Shown piece by piece: positions 13,078 through 27,600 of a stretch of 64,000 nucleotides of DNA. Below the pieces are notes generated by a model, which ran no database searches, was not told the DNA's origin, and saw only the letters and a list, made by a program, of their open reading frames with translations. This stretch comes from Eledone cirrhosa (Eukaryota), in assembly GCA_964016885.1 (NCBI GenBank), contig OZ024765.1, positions 17,484,001 to 17,548,000 of the forward strand. Direction: 5' to 3'. Made by a program: the position numbers and the translations under genes. Position 1 is the first letter of the stretch, and the number at the start of each line of letters is the position of its first letter.

Positions 13078-13179
13078 TGTGTAGATAACCGCAGAATGAA
13101 TCTCAACTATAATAAAGTAAGGAGTGCGGGACTGCGTCCAAAATATATTTTTTATCCCATTAGTAAAATAAGTTGGATT

Positions 13180-13655
13180 ACTTTGAATAAATAATTGTTT
13201 CTACTTTTGGCACAAGGCCAGCAATCCCCCAGTGTATTACTGGTACTTTATTTTATCGACCCTGTAAGGATGAAAGCAAAGTTAGCCTTGGCGGGATTTG
13301 AACTCAGAATGGCAAGGGCCGTAACTCTATACGTCAAAGCACTTTGAATAAATAAATAATTGTTTCTACTTTTGGCACAAGGCCAGCAATCCCCCAGTGT
13401 ATTACTGGTACTTTATTTTATCGACCCTGTAAGGATGAAAGCAAAGTTAGCCTTGGCGGGATTTGAACTCAGAATGGCAAGGGCCGTAACACTATACGTC
13501 AAAGCACTTTGAATAAATAAATAATTGTTTCTACTTTTGGCACAAGGCCAGCAATTAACCAATGCATTACTGGTACTTTATTCTATCGACCCCGGAAGGA
13601 TGAAAGGCAAAGTTAACCTCGGCGGGATTTGAACTCAGATTTGAATAAATAAATA
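13180..13655 (-). mobile_element. Three tandem truncated family A SINE copies (~161 bp period)
   Basis: ttgaataaataa(ataa)ttgtttctacttttggcacaagg recurs three times; the first two copies are nearly identical. Confidence 0.85.
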
Positions 13656-14054
13656 ATGAATGGATATTACATAATTTATCTACTAAATTTCGTAACTCTT
13701 GATTAAATATATTTTATTACTTATTTAAAGATTCACTTCTTTAAAATTTTCAAATGTCAACACTTCCGGTTAGCGATCGCTTTAATAAACATTCATATAT
13801 TTCCGTCACTAATTTTCTCCTAATGCAGTTTATATATAATATCGTCTTTTTTAATGTATCATGGATTACGTTACTGATTACATAAGACAGTGTAACACAG
13901 TCTTTGTTCAATTTCTGGGGTTATTGTCAATTATCATTTTATTTGATGTATCATATCTACATGTATATATACTTGTGTATAATATCAATATACACACTAC
14001 ACATGCTAGCAGAAAACCCCAGAGGGGTGGTTTTTCTGATAGGATAATATAATA

Positions 14055-14272
14055 ACCGTTTCTACTTTAGACACAAGGCCAGCAATTTGAAGGGGTGGGA
14101 GGAGAGTTGATTTAATCGACCCTAGTACATTACTGGTGCTTTATTTTATCGACCCTGTAAGGATGAAAGGCAAAGCTAACCTTGTCGGGATTTAAACACA
14201 GAACGTAAAGGGGTGTAATTCTCTGCCACTAAGCTTGGTGTCCGACGCTCTACCGATTCTACCAATTCACCA
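14055..14272 (-). mobile_element. Family A SINE, long form
   Basis: Family A core plus the extra G-rich gttgatttaatcgacc segment. Confidence 0.8.
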
Positions 14273-15211
14273 TAATAATAGATTAAACGTTTAAACAAAC
14301 AATTTGTGTTTTTCTCCCTTTTTACCTGAAGGCCCCTTTGTTATGCTGTGAGTATTTGGGTCCGGTATTGAAGGGCGTGATAGACTTTATCTCATGCTTT
14401 ATTTGGCATGTTTCCCCTGGATGGGGTTGTGTGTAGGTTTGTAGACTGTGTTTGTTTGAGTTCGTGGATAGCGAGGGTTTGCTGTAGTTTTGTTAAAGCT
14501 ATTGGCAGTGATAATTTACAAATATCGACAGTCGATCGACTTTCGTCAAATCGGATCGAGGAAACAATGTTTCCGTTGGTCTTTCCAATTGCTAATACTA
14601 TCTATCGGTCGCAACTCCAGGTATAATGAGCGACGGGAAATAAAGTGTCTTCCTCAAGGACATAACGCGTAACTCGGTCCAGGAATCGAACTCACAACCT
14701 CACGATTGCGAATCCAATTCTCTAACAACCCAGCCGTGCGCCTTCTTTATAAATATGTATGAATCAAAAGGGAAGGCGCACAGATTAATAGAAAAAAAAC
14801 CATTAAGGCATATTTGTTGATATTCAATGATCCAATTATTAAATATTGGAGAATAGCACACGTGTTTCCATATGTTAAATAACTGACCTATGAAATCTGT
14901 GCTAATAAATAATCCATTATCTCACACTGTTCAAAAATATTCGACGCTTCTCTGCAGAGAAAGTCCAAAGACAAATTTTTGTTTCAATTGTTTCTGACTA
15001 GAAGTGTTGAATATTACAGAGTAGTGTGAGATAATGGATTATACAATAGCACAGATTTCATAGGACACTTATGTAACTTATCGAAACACGTGTGATACCC
15101 TCCAATATCTAATGAATGAATCATTGAATATCAGTAAATGTGTGTTAATGTTTTTCTATTAAGTCTATTAACCTGTCTATATATATATATGTCTATATAT
15201 ATATGTATATA

Positions 15212-15320
<109 letters not shown>

Positions 15321-15377
15321 TGATTTAAAACTGCACTATTCACAAGTGTGTGTTAACCTTCATATCATGTCTCCCTA

Positions 15378-15444
15378 TTTTATCTGACGAAAACGTAAAT
15401 GTTATTGCATGATGATATTTGTTTTTGAAATGCGCATAATAAAA
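15378..15444 (+). ncRNA. Type I hammerhead motif
   Basis: ttttat CTGACGA aaac...gtttt-t GAAA t-gcgc-a TA ataaaa; palindromic ATGCGCAT; AATAAA overlaps stem I. Confidence 0.75.
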
Positions 15445-15480
15445 TACATGAAACTCTTTTAACCATCTTTTGATCTTATT

Positions 15481-15515
<35 letters not shown>

Positions 15516-15643
15516 AAAGTTCTATTTAAATTGTTGGGATACAACAAGCAAATATTTTTATAACTGATATAAAGCACTCGACAAGTATTTGGAGTATATA
15601 TACGATATTAACAAATGGAAACTATATTTATAAAACCATATCT

Positions 15644-15706
15644 ATTTTATTATACATATTTCAAGGATACCATGTTAAATTATGGTATGCCTTCATCAGA
15701 CAAAAT
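15644..15706 (-). ncRNA. Hammerhead in the left arm of inverted repeat 15598-15930
   Basis: Near-exact reverse complement of 15821-15883. Confidence 0.75.
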
Positions 15707-15820
15707 ACAATATATACCAGTTTTATAAATAAATATTGACTATCCTGATGTATTCCAAAAGTAACGGTTGCATTTTGAAAGGATACGTCAATGTTTATTT
15801 ATAAAACTGGTATATATTGT

Positions 15821-15883
15821 ATTTTGTCTGATGAAAGCATACCATAATTTAACATGGTATCCTTGAAATATGTATAATAAAAT
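15821..15883 (+). ncRNA. Type I hammerhead motif
   Basis: attttgt CTGATGA aag-c-atacca..tggtat-c-ctt GAAA t-atgt-a TA ataaaat. Confidence 0.75.
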
Positions 15884-16114
15884 AGATATGGTTTTATAAA
15901 TATAGTTTCCATTTGTTAATATCGTATATATATATATATATATATATATTTTATAGAAAAAACGAGGAAGATTCGATTACCTATGTAAATGAAACTTCCT
16001 CATTTTTTTATTATTATATACACTCTTCCTGTGCATAGAGTGTTTGATTTGGTACCAACACCAGTAATTCATCTTACTAGCTACACTATACACACACACA
16101 TACATATATGTGTG

Positions 16115-16183
<69 letters not shown>

Positions 16184-16573
16184 GCATATATATGTATATG
16201 CATATATATGTATATGCATATATATGTATATATGTATATGCATATATATGTATATGTATATGCATATATATGTATATGCATATATATGTATATGCATATA
16301 TATGTATATGCATATATCTGTATATGTATATATATATATATATGCGTATATATATGTATATACATATACATATATATATATTTATATATATGCGTATATA
16401 TATGCATATATCTGTATATGTATATGCATATATATGCATATATCTGTATATGTATATATATATATATATATGCGTATATATATGTATATACATATACATA
16501 TATATATATATATATGCGTATATATATGTATATACATATACATATATATATATATATATATATGTATATACAT

Positions 16574-16642
<69 letters not shown>

Positions 16643-16649
16643 TATATCC

Positions 16650-17040
16650 ATCATCACTGCCCAAATGATGTTGGCATCGCCTTCAAGATACACCCAAGGC
16701 TTGGGCCCCGTGCTATCCGTCCCATTCAAAAATCTAAATCGCAACTCATAACAACAATACGGCACAATTATTTCACCTCAATCGGCCCTGCTCTCTTCAA
16801 CATCACACCAGGACACGTCAAAACAGAAACTGACCACACAAAATTCAAGAAGTCTTTGGACAAATTCCTCCAAGTAATCCCGGACAAACCACCCACACCC
16901 GGATATGTCTCCGCAAACAGTAATTCTCTTCTCGAATGGGCCATGGTGCCCAAATCCTGAATTGAAAGACTTCGCCAGGTGGTGCTATTAAGTTAGACAT
17001 GGCCTGGGCCAATACTGGCCAAAACATTTCAAAGTTATTC
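16650..17040 (+). mobile_element. 3' fragment of a CR1/L2-group LINE
   Basis: Translation [17 protein letters not shown]...[26 protein letters not shown] resembles the ORF2 C-terminus of this group; flanked by TA microsatellite. Confidence 0.65.
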
Positions 17041-17226
17041 AAAGTTATATATATATGTATATATATATATATATATATGTATATGTATATATATACATGC
17101 ATATATATGTATATATGTACATGCATATATATGTATATATGTATATGCATATATCTGTATACGTATATATATATATGCGTATATATATGTATATACGCAT
17201 ATATATATATATATATATGTATATAC

Positions 17227-17294
<68 letters not shown>

Positions 17295-17704
17295 ATATAT
17301 ATACAAATACGTATATGTATATATATATATTTATATATATATATATATACATATATATACGTATATACATATATGTATATATATATAAATATATATACGT
17401 ATATGTATATACGTATGTATATACAACCACCCACACAGCGTACACATGCACGTATACATCTGACCATATATGTCTACACGCACGTATACATACATATACA
17501 CACATCTATTCGGTAATTAATGAGGGTTTTAATTAAAATAACTTATATGTTATGTTCAACTCAATTCCGGTTATTTAACTAATTGTTTGTTTCTTCATTC
17601 TGTTTAATTAGTTAGTAATATACACAAGATTACTTAATTATATATATATATATTATCTAGTTACATAATTATTTTTAAAGTTACATAATTATTTTTAAAT
17701 AAGT

Positions 17705-19060
17705 CTATGCACACATACACACATACATACATACACATATATATATTCATACATACATACATACATACATACATACATACATACATACATACAAGCATGC
17801 ATACATTCACACATATATACACACATGCATACACACATATATACATTCATACATACATACATACATACATACATACATGCATACATACATACATATACAT
17901 ACATACATTCATATAAGCATGCATACATTCACACATATATACACACATATATATATTCATACATACATAGATACATGCATGCATATATTCACACATATAT
18001 ACACACATACATACACACATATATACATTCATACATACATATATACAAGCATGCATACATTCACACATATATACACACATATATACATACATTCATACAT
18101 ACATACAAGCATGCATACATTCACACATATATACACACATACATATATACATACATACATACATACAAGCATGCATACATTCACACATATATATATACAC
18201 ACATACATACATCCATACATGCATTCACACATACATACACACATATATACACATATACATTCATACATACATACAAGCATGCATATATTCACACATATAT
18301 ACACATACATACATACATACATACAAGCATGCATACATTCACACATATATACATATATACATATATACATACATATATACATTCATACATACATACATAC
18401 AAGCATGCATACATTCACACAAGCATGCATACATTCACACATACACACATACATACATACATACATACATACATACATACATACAAGCATGCATACATTC
18501 ACACACATATATATACACACATACATACATCCATACATGCATTCACACATACATACACACATATATACACATATACATTCATACATACATACAAGCATGC
18601 ATATATTCACACATATATATACAGATGCATACATACATACAAGCATGCATACATTCACACATATACACACATACATACATATATACATTCATACATACAA
18701 GCATGCATACATTCACACATATATACACATATACATACGCACATATATATATTCATACATACATACATACAAGCATGCATATATTCACATATATACACAC
18801 ATACATACATCCATACATTCATACATACATACATACATACATTCATACATACATACATACATACATTCACACATATATACACACATACATACATACATAT
18901 ATACATTCATACATACATATATACAAGCATGCATACATTCACACATATATACATACATTCATACATTCATACATACATACATTCACACATATACACACAA
19001 ATACATATATACATTCATACATACATACATACATACAAGCATGCATATATTCACACATAT
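17705..19060. repeat. (CATA)n-derived minisatellite with recurrent ACAAGCATGCATACATTCAC units (continues at 19670-20200)
   Basis: Read directly. Confidence 0.9.
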
Positions 19061-19670
19061 ATGGTGGCTGCCAACTCGTTTTCGAGTACGGCCACTACTT
19101 TATATCCATATAGGAGAACCCCTACCAATGCGCTGAACGAGTGTGACTTTTTAGTCCAGCCAGCCACTTGAAAACTCTGGTACAAAGACTACACTTGTGA
19201 CAATTATTGACACATAGTGCTGAGCCCTTGGTACCATGTGATGACAAGTGCACAGAGATCTCCAGATATAAAGCAATGCCTGTGCTGTGAAGATTTTAAA
19301 GCCAGTCCCACTCTCTTAACCAAGATGATATTTACCAAAAAGAAGAACAAGTCAACATCATTGGATACCATCAGGGTTGCAGGTGTTATATCAGAGTTTT
19401 CCTTCTCCTAGAATTCTGCCTTGACAAAGGCTAAGGGGTCATCTCTCCCGGTGATTTTGGATGGCTATTGACTCTTAAGAGCTCCCTTGCCCTTTGACAG
19501 GTTTTGTTTTTAGTCCTGCAGGATGTCCAAAGTCACCCTCCTCACCAAGAAACCTTGGTGGGGTTGCCAGTTTAGTCGCCAACGACCCGACAATGAGACA
19601 GGTTGTACTGGGATACATGTTACCAGTAGCACCAACTGGTGACTTGATATAACTGATTCTGGCTTGATTT
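19060..19670. mobile_element. Dispersed repeat, probably LINE UTR-derived; homologous copy at 45412-45800 in the opposite orientation
   Basis: atggtggctgccaactcgttttcgagtacggcc...gaattctgccttgaca matches the reverse complement of 45412-45800. Confidence 0.6.
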
Positions 19671-20269
19671 CTACAAGCATACACGCATGCATACATACAT
19701 ACATTCACACATATATACACTCATACATACATACATACATACATTCATACATTCATACATACAAGCATGCATACATTCACACATATATACACTCATACAT
19801 ACATACATACATACAAGCATGCATACATTCACATATACACACACATACATACATACATTCATACATACAAGCATGCATACATTCACACATATATACACTC
19901 ATACATACATACATACATTCATACATACAAGCATGCATACATTCATACATACAAGCATGCATACATTCATATATTCACACATATATACACACATACATAC
20001 ATATATACATTCATACATACATTCATACATACAAGCATGCATACATTCATATATTCACACATATATACACACATACATACATACATACATTCATACATAC
20101 ATACAAGCAGACAAGCATGCATACATACATACATTCACACATATATACACACATACATACATATATACACTCATACATACACACGTACATACATACTAAT
20201 TTGAAAGATACAACTTGTATGATAATTAGCATAAGTTTTTGATTATAATCAAAAACTTACACCCAGTGA

Positions 20270-21110
20270 AATTGAACAGGAACACCACAGCGAATCCATG
20301 GATGAAAAACTGGATGCTTGTCACCAAAACATCATGCACGTATATGTTAAGCTCCAGAATGAGAGTAATATAGGGAAACAAAGTAGTCTATCTTGGACCA
20401 ACAACCGCCATATTGGCTCCCACTTTTGCAATCCGAGAATGGGAAATCAACTCAAAATACCTGATTTATAAAAGAGATAGGGATGCAGGCAAAACATCTA
20501 CATGTGACAACAAGTGCAGACTCTGCAGAATTAACATCGAATATGTCACCCATGTCATAAGCAGCTGTCCAAAGATGTCATCGCGTTACTATCGGCATGA
20601 TGTAGTGGCCAAAACACTGTACAATGCAATCCATAGAAAAGATAGCCCCGACAATGAACACATTAAAAGCTACAGCAGTGTGGAAGACACACATATACAT
20701 AGTATGAAAGAGTACTGGTGGAATGTTCCAGTGAAAACCCCAATAAAATGCAGGTATAGCAGACCAGATATTATGATATGGGACAGGGAATATAAGGCAT
20801 GCACAGTAGTGGAAGTTAGCTGTCCAGCAGATGCCAATATAATGTTAAAGATTAGCGAAAAGGAGAATATCTATACAGAACTAATGAGAAATCTGTAGAT
20901 ACTCCACCCTGACTATACCTTCAGATTTATGCCTGTGATTATTGGGGCACTGGGATATGTTAGTAACAGCCTCAATCTTGAGAAGCTGGGCTTCACAGGA
21001 ACAGAAAGAACACAACTAGTTAGGAAATTACAAGTACAATCCATTAATGGATAGTACTTGTAATAAATAAAATTTGAAATGCTTTACATAAAAAATATGT
21101 AAAACATTCC
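20270..21110 (+). mobile_element. 3' fragment of an R4/Dong/NeSL-type non-LTR retrotransposon (CCHC knuckle plus restriction-like endonuclease)
   Basis: CRLC..IEYVTHVISSC, RHDVVAK, YWWNVPV, RPDIMIWD, VVEVSCP, KENIY, followed after a stop by PVIIGALG. Confidence 0.85.
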
Positions 21111-21699
21111 AAAAATTCTGCATCTAATAACTGCATATATACATGTACAGATACAAAGCGTATACACATGCATACATACAACTCAAAACATACATATCCA
21201 TACATACAATAAATATCCATACCTGCACACACATCTATGCATGCAGACATACATACATATCTACCTAGTTGATGTTGTATGAATTCCAATGAGAGAGTCT
21301 TGTGTCTATGTTAGAAACCGGCTCTCTCTCTATTGGGAAAAAATTATAAAATTAAAAAACCAGAAGAACATACATACACATACATACATGCATGCATGCA
21401 TGCATACATACATACATACACACATACACACACACACACACACATACATACATACATACATATACGGTGGCTGCTTCTTTTTATAAATGACTGCTGTCTT
21501 TTTGTGTACTCCCATCAACATCATCACCAACCGACCATTTGTGACCTCTCAGATGGCTTTTCAGTCCTGCAAATATGACAGAACAAAGATGTGCCCTTCA
21601 CATGATTGATGGGGTCAGTTACTGGGATGACAACTTTGCGTATTTTCGTATGACTTTTGAGACCAGAAATTCGTTGGTTTGAAGAAAGTGGAGCCTGGT

Positions 21700-24600
21700 T
21701 TGAGTGTGATCTAGCTACTATTGCCAGCAAGGCAGGTTCTAAATATAGTTGAGTGTGATCTAGCTACTATTGCCAGCAAGGCAGGTACTAAATATAGTTG
21801 AGTGTGATCTAGCTACTATTGCCAGCAAGGCAGGTTCTAAATATAGTTGAGTGTGATCTAGCTACTATTGCCAGCAAGGCTGGTACTAAATATAGTTGAG
21901 TGTGATCTAGCTACTATTGCCAGCAAGGCAGGTACTAAATATAGTTGAGTGTGATCTAGCTACTATTGCCAGCAAGGCAGGTACTAAATATAGTTGAGTG
22001 TGATCTAGCTACTATGGCCAGCAAGGCTGGTACTAAATATAGTTGAGTGTGATCTAGCTACTATTGCCAGCAAGGCAGGTACTAAATATAGTTGAGTGTG
22101 ATCTAGCTACTATTGCCAGCAAGGCAGGTACTAAATATAGTTGAGTGTGATCTAGCTACTATTGCCAGCAAGGCAGGTACTAAATATAGTTGAGTGTGAT
22201 CTAGCTACTATTGCCAGCAAGGCAGGTACTAAATATAGTTGAGTGTGATCTAGCTACTATTGCCAGCAAGGCAGGTACTAAATATAGTTGAGTGTGATAT
22301 AGCTACTATTGCCAGCAAGGCAGGTACTAAATATAGTTGAGTGTGATCTAGCTACTATTGCCAGCAAGGCAGGTACTAAATATAGTTGAGTGTGATCTAG
22401 CTACTATTGCCAGCAAGGCAGGTACTAAATATAGTTGAGTGTGATCTAGCTACTATTGCCAGCAAGGCAGGTACTAAATATAGTTGAGTGTGATCTAGCT
22501 ACTATTGCCAGCAAGGCAGGTACTAAATATAGTTGAGTGTGATCTAGCTACTATTGCCAGCAAGGCAGGTACTAAATATAGTTGAGTGTGATCTAGCTAC
22601 TATTGCCAGCAAGGCCAGTACTAAATATAGTTGAGTGTGATCTAGCTACTATTGCCAGCAAGGCCAGTACTAAATATAGTTGAGTGTGATCTAGCTACTA
22701 TTGCCAGCAAGGCCAGTACTAAATATAGTTGAGTGTAATCTAGCTACTATTGCCAGCAAGGCCAGTACTAAATATAGTTGAGTGTGATCTAGCTACTATT
22801 GCCAGCAAGGCCAGTACTAAATATAGTTGAGTGTGATCTAGCTACTATTGCCAGCAAGGCCAGTACTAAATATAGTTGAGTGTGATCTAGCTACTATTGC
22901 CAGCAAGGCTGGTACTAAATATAGTTGAGTGTGATCTAGCTACTATTGCCAGCAAGGCAGGTTCTAAATATAGTTGAGTGTGATCTAGCTACTATTGCCA
23001 GCAAGGCCAGTACTAAATATAGTTGAGTGTGATCTAGCTACTATTGCCAGCAAGGCCAGTACTAAATATAGTTGAGTGTGATCTAGCTACTATTGCCAGC
23101 AAGGCCAGTACTAAATATAGTTGAGTGTGATCTAGCTACTATTGCCAGCAAGGCCAGTACTAAATATAGTTGAGTGTAATCTAGCTACTATTGCCAGCAA
23201 GGCCAGTACTAAATATAGTTGAGTGTGATCTAGCTACTATTGCCAGCAAGGCCAGTACTAAATATAGTTGAGTGTGATCTAGCTACTATTGCCAGCAAGG
23301 CCAGTACTAAATATAGTTGAGTGTGATCTAGCTACTATTGCCAGCAAGGCTGGTACTAAATATAGTTGAGTGTGATCTAGCTACTATTGCCAGCAAGGCA
23401 GGTTCTAAATATAGTTGAGTGTGATCTAGCTACTATTGCCAGCAAGGCCAGTACTAAATATAGTTGAGTGTGATCTAGCTACTATTGCCAGCAAGGCCAG
23501 TACTAAATATAGTTGAGTGTGATCTAGCTACTATTGCCAGCAAGGCCAGTACTAAATATAGTTGAGTGTGATCTAGCTACTATTGCCAGCAAGGCCGGTA
23601 CTAAATATAGTTGAGTGTGATCTAGCTACTATTGCCAGGAAGGCCAGTACTAAATATAGTTGAGTGTGATCTAGCTACTATTGCCAGCTAGGCCAGTACT
23701 AAATATAGTTGAGTGTGATCTAGCTACTATTGCCAGCAAGGCAGGTTCTAAATATAGTTGAGTGTGACCTAGCTACTATTGCCAGCAAGGCTGGTACTAA
23801 ATATAGTTGAGTGTGATCTAGCTACTATTGCCAGCAAGGCCAGTACTAAATATAGTTGAGTGTGATCTAGCTACTATTGCCAGCAAGGCAGGTATTAAAT
23901 ATAGTTGAGTGTGATCTAGCTACTATTGCCAGCAAGGCGGGTACTAAATATAGTTGAGTGTGATCTAGCTACTATTGCCAGCAAGGCAGGTACTAAATAT
24001 AGTTGAGTGTGATCTAGCTACTATTGCCAGCAAGGCAGGTTCTAAATATAGTTGAGTGTGATCTAGCTACTATTGCCAGCAAGGCAGGTACTAAATATAG
24101 TTGAGTGTGATCTAGCTACTATTGCCAGCAAGGCTGGTACTAAATATAGTTGAGTGTGATCTAGCTACTATTGCCAGCAAGGCCAGTACTAAATATAGTT
24201 GAGTGTGATCTAGCTACTATTGCCAGCAAGGCAGGTATTAAATATAGTTGAGTGTGATCTAGCTACTATTGCCAGCAAGGCCAGTACTAAATATAGTTGA
24301 GTGTGATCTAGCTACTATTGCCAGCAAGGTAGGTTCTAAATATAGTTGAGTGTGATCTAGCTACTATTGCCAGCAAGGCCAGTACTAAATATAGTTGAGT
24401 GTGATCTAGCTACTATTGCCAGCAAGGCCAGTACTAAATATAGTTGAGTGTGATCTAGCTACTATTGCCAGCAAGGCAGGTACTAAATATAGTTGAGTGT
24501 GATCTAGCTACTATTGCCAGCAAGGCAGGTACTAAATATAGTTGAGTGTGATCTAGCTACTATTGCCAGCAAGGCAGGTACTAAATATAGTTGAGTGTGA

Positions 24601-27600
24601 TCTAGCTACTATTGCCAGCAAGGCTGGTACTAAATATAGTTGAGTGTGATCTAGCTACTATTGCCAGCAAGGCAGGTACTAAATATAGTTGAGTGTGATC
24701 TAGCTACTATTGCCAGCAAGGCCGGTACTAAATATAGTTGAGTGTGATCTAGCTACTATTGCCAGCAAGGCAGGTTCTAAATATAGTTGAGTGTGATCTA
24801 GCTACTATTGCCAGCAAGGCAGGTTCTAAATATAGTTGAGTGTGATCTAGCTACTATTGCCAGCAAGGCCGGTACTAAATATAGTTGAGTGTGATCTAGC
24901 TACTATTGCCAGCAAGGTAGGTTCTAAATATAGTTGAGTGTGATCTAGCTACTATTGCCAGCAAGGTAGGTTCTAAATATAGTTGAGTGTGATCTAGCTA
25001 CTGTTGCCAGCAAGGCCGGTACTAAATATAGTTGAGTGTGATCTAGCTACTATTGCCAGCAAGGTAGGTTCTAAATATAGTTGAGTGTGATCTAGCTACT
25101 ATTGCCAGCAAGGCAGGTTCTAAATATAGTTGAGTGTGATCTAGCTACTATTGCCAGCAAGGCCGGTACTAAATATAGTTGAGTGTGATCTAGCTACTAT
25201 TGCCAGCAAGGTAGGTTCTAAATATAGTTGAGTGTGATCTAGCTACTGTTGCCAGCAAGGCCGGTACTAAATATAGTTGAGTGTGATCTAGCTACTATTG
25301 CCAGCAAGGCAGGTTCTAAATATAGTTGAGTGTGATCTAGCTACTATTGCCAGCAAGGCCGGTACTAAATATAGTTGAGTGTGATCTAGCTACTATTGCC
25401 AGCAAGGTAGGTTCTAAATATAGTTGAGTGTGATCTAGCTACTATTGCCAGCAAGGCAGGTTCTAAATATAGTTGAGTGTGATCTAGCTACTATTGCCAG
25501 CAAGGCTAGTACTAAATATAGTTGAGTGTGATCTAGCTACTATTGCCAGCAAGGCAGGTACTAAATATAGTTGAGTGTGATCTAGCTACTATTGCCAGGA
25601 AGGCCAGTACTAAATATAGTTGAGTGTGATCTAGCTACTATTGCCAGCAAGGTAGGTTCTAAATATAGTTGAGTGTGATCTAGCTACTATTGCCAGCAAG
25701 GTAGGTTCTAAATATAGTTGAGTGTGATCTAGCTACTATTGCCAGCAAGGTAGGTTCTAAATATAGTTGAGTGTGATCTAGCTACTATTGCCAGCAAGGC
25801 AGGTACTAAATATAGTTGAGTGTGATCTAGCTACTATTGCCAGGAAGGCCAGTACTAAATATAGTTGAGTGTGATCTAGCTACTATTGCCAGCAAGGCCA
25901 GTACTAAATATAGTTGAGTGTGATCTAGCTACTATTGCCAGCAAGGCAGGTACTAAATATAGTTGAGTGTGATCTAGCTACTATTGCCAGCAAGGTAGGT
26001 TCTAAATATAGTTGAGTGTGATCTAGCTACTATTGCCAGCAAGGCCAGTACTAAATATAGTTGAGTGTGATCTAGCTACTATTGCCAGGAAGGCCAGTAC
26101 TAAATATAGTTGAGTGTGATCTAGCTACTATTGCCAGGAAGGCCAGTACTAAATATAGTTGAGTGTGATCTAGCTACTATTGCCAGGAAGGCCAGTACTA
26201 AATATAGTTGAGTGTGATCTAGCTACTATTGCCAGGAAGGCCAGTACTAAATATAGTTGAGTGTGATCTAGCTACTATTGCCAGGAAGGCCAGTACTAAA
26301 TATAGTTGAGTGTGATCTAGCTACTGTTGCCAGCAAGGCAGGTACTAAATATAGTTGAGTGTGATCTAGCTACTATTGCCAGGAAGGCCAGTACTAAATA
26401 TAGTTGAGTGTGATCTAGCTACTATTGCCAGGAAGGCCAGTACTAAATATAGTTGAGTGTGATCTAGCTACTATTGCCAGGAAGGCCAGTACTAAATATA
26501 GTTGAGTGTGATCTAGCTACTATTGCCAGGAAGGCCAGTACTAAATATAGTTGAGTGTGATCTAGCTACTATTGCCAGGAAGGCCAGTACTAAATATAGT
26601 TGAGTGTGATCTAGCTACTATTGCCAGGAAGGCCAGTACTAAATATAGTTGAGTGTGATCTAGCTACTATTGCCAGGAAGGCCAGTACTAAATATAGTTG
26701 AGTGTGATCTAGCTACTATTGCCAGGAAGGCCAGTACTAAATATAGTTGAGTGTGATCTAGCTACTATTGCCAGGAAGGCCAGTACTAAATATAGTTGAG
26801 TGTGATCTAGCTACTGTTGCCAGCAAGGCAGGTACTAAATATAGTTGAGTGTGATCTAGCTACTATTGCCAGGAAGGCCAGTACTAAATATAGTTGAGTG
26901 TGATCTAGCTACTGTTGCCAGCAAGGCAGGTACTAAATATAGTTGAGTGTGATCTAGCTACTATTGCTAGCAAGGCAGGTACTAAATATAGTTGAGTGTG
27001 ATCTAGCTACTATTGCCAGCAAGGCTAGTACTAAATATAGTTGAGTGTGATCTAGCTACTATTGCCAGCAAGGTAGGTTCTAAATATAGTTGAGTGTGAT
27101 CTAGCTACTATTGCCAGCAAGGTAGGTTCTAAATATAGTTGAGTGTGATCTAGCTACTATTGCCAGCAAGGCAGGTACTAAATATAGTTGAGTGTGATCT
27201 AGCTACTATTGCCAGCAAGGCCAGTACTAAATATAGTTGAGTGTGATCTAGCTACTATTGCCAGCAAGGCCGGTACTAAATATAGTTGAGTGTGATCTAG
27301 CTACTATTGCCAGCAAGGCCGGTACTAAATATAGTTGAGTGTGATCTAGCTACTATTGCCCACAAAGCAGGTACTAAATATAGTTGAGTGTGATCTAGCT
27401 ACTATTGCCACCAAGGCCAGTACTAAATATAGTTGAGTGTGATCTAGCTACTATTGCCAGCAAGGCAGGTACTAAATATAGTTGAGTGTGATCTAGCTAC
27501 TATTGCCAGCAAGGCAGGTACTAAATATAGTTGAGTGTGATCTAGCTACTATTGCCAGCAAGGCCAGTACTAAATATAGTTGAGTGTGATCTAGCTACTA

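Noticed and set aside
19540-19640. Possible HDV-like or twister ribozyme on the minus strand (ccagt...gtcgttggcgac-taa-actgg)
   Set aside because: P2/P4-like pairings are visible, but I could not assign P1/P3/P1.1 or the twister core; an Infernal/RNArobo search is needed.
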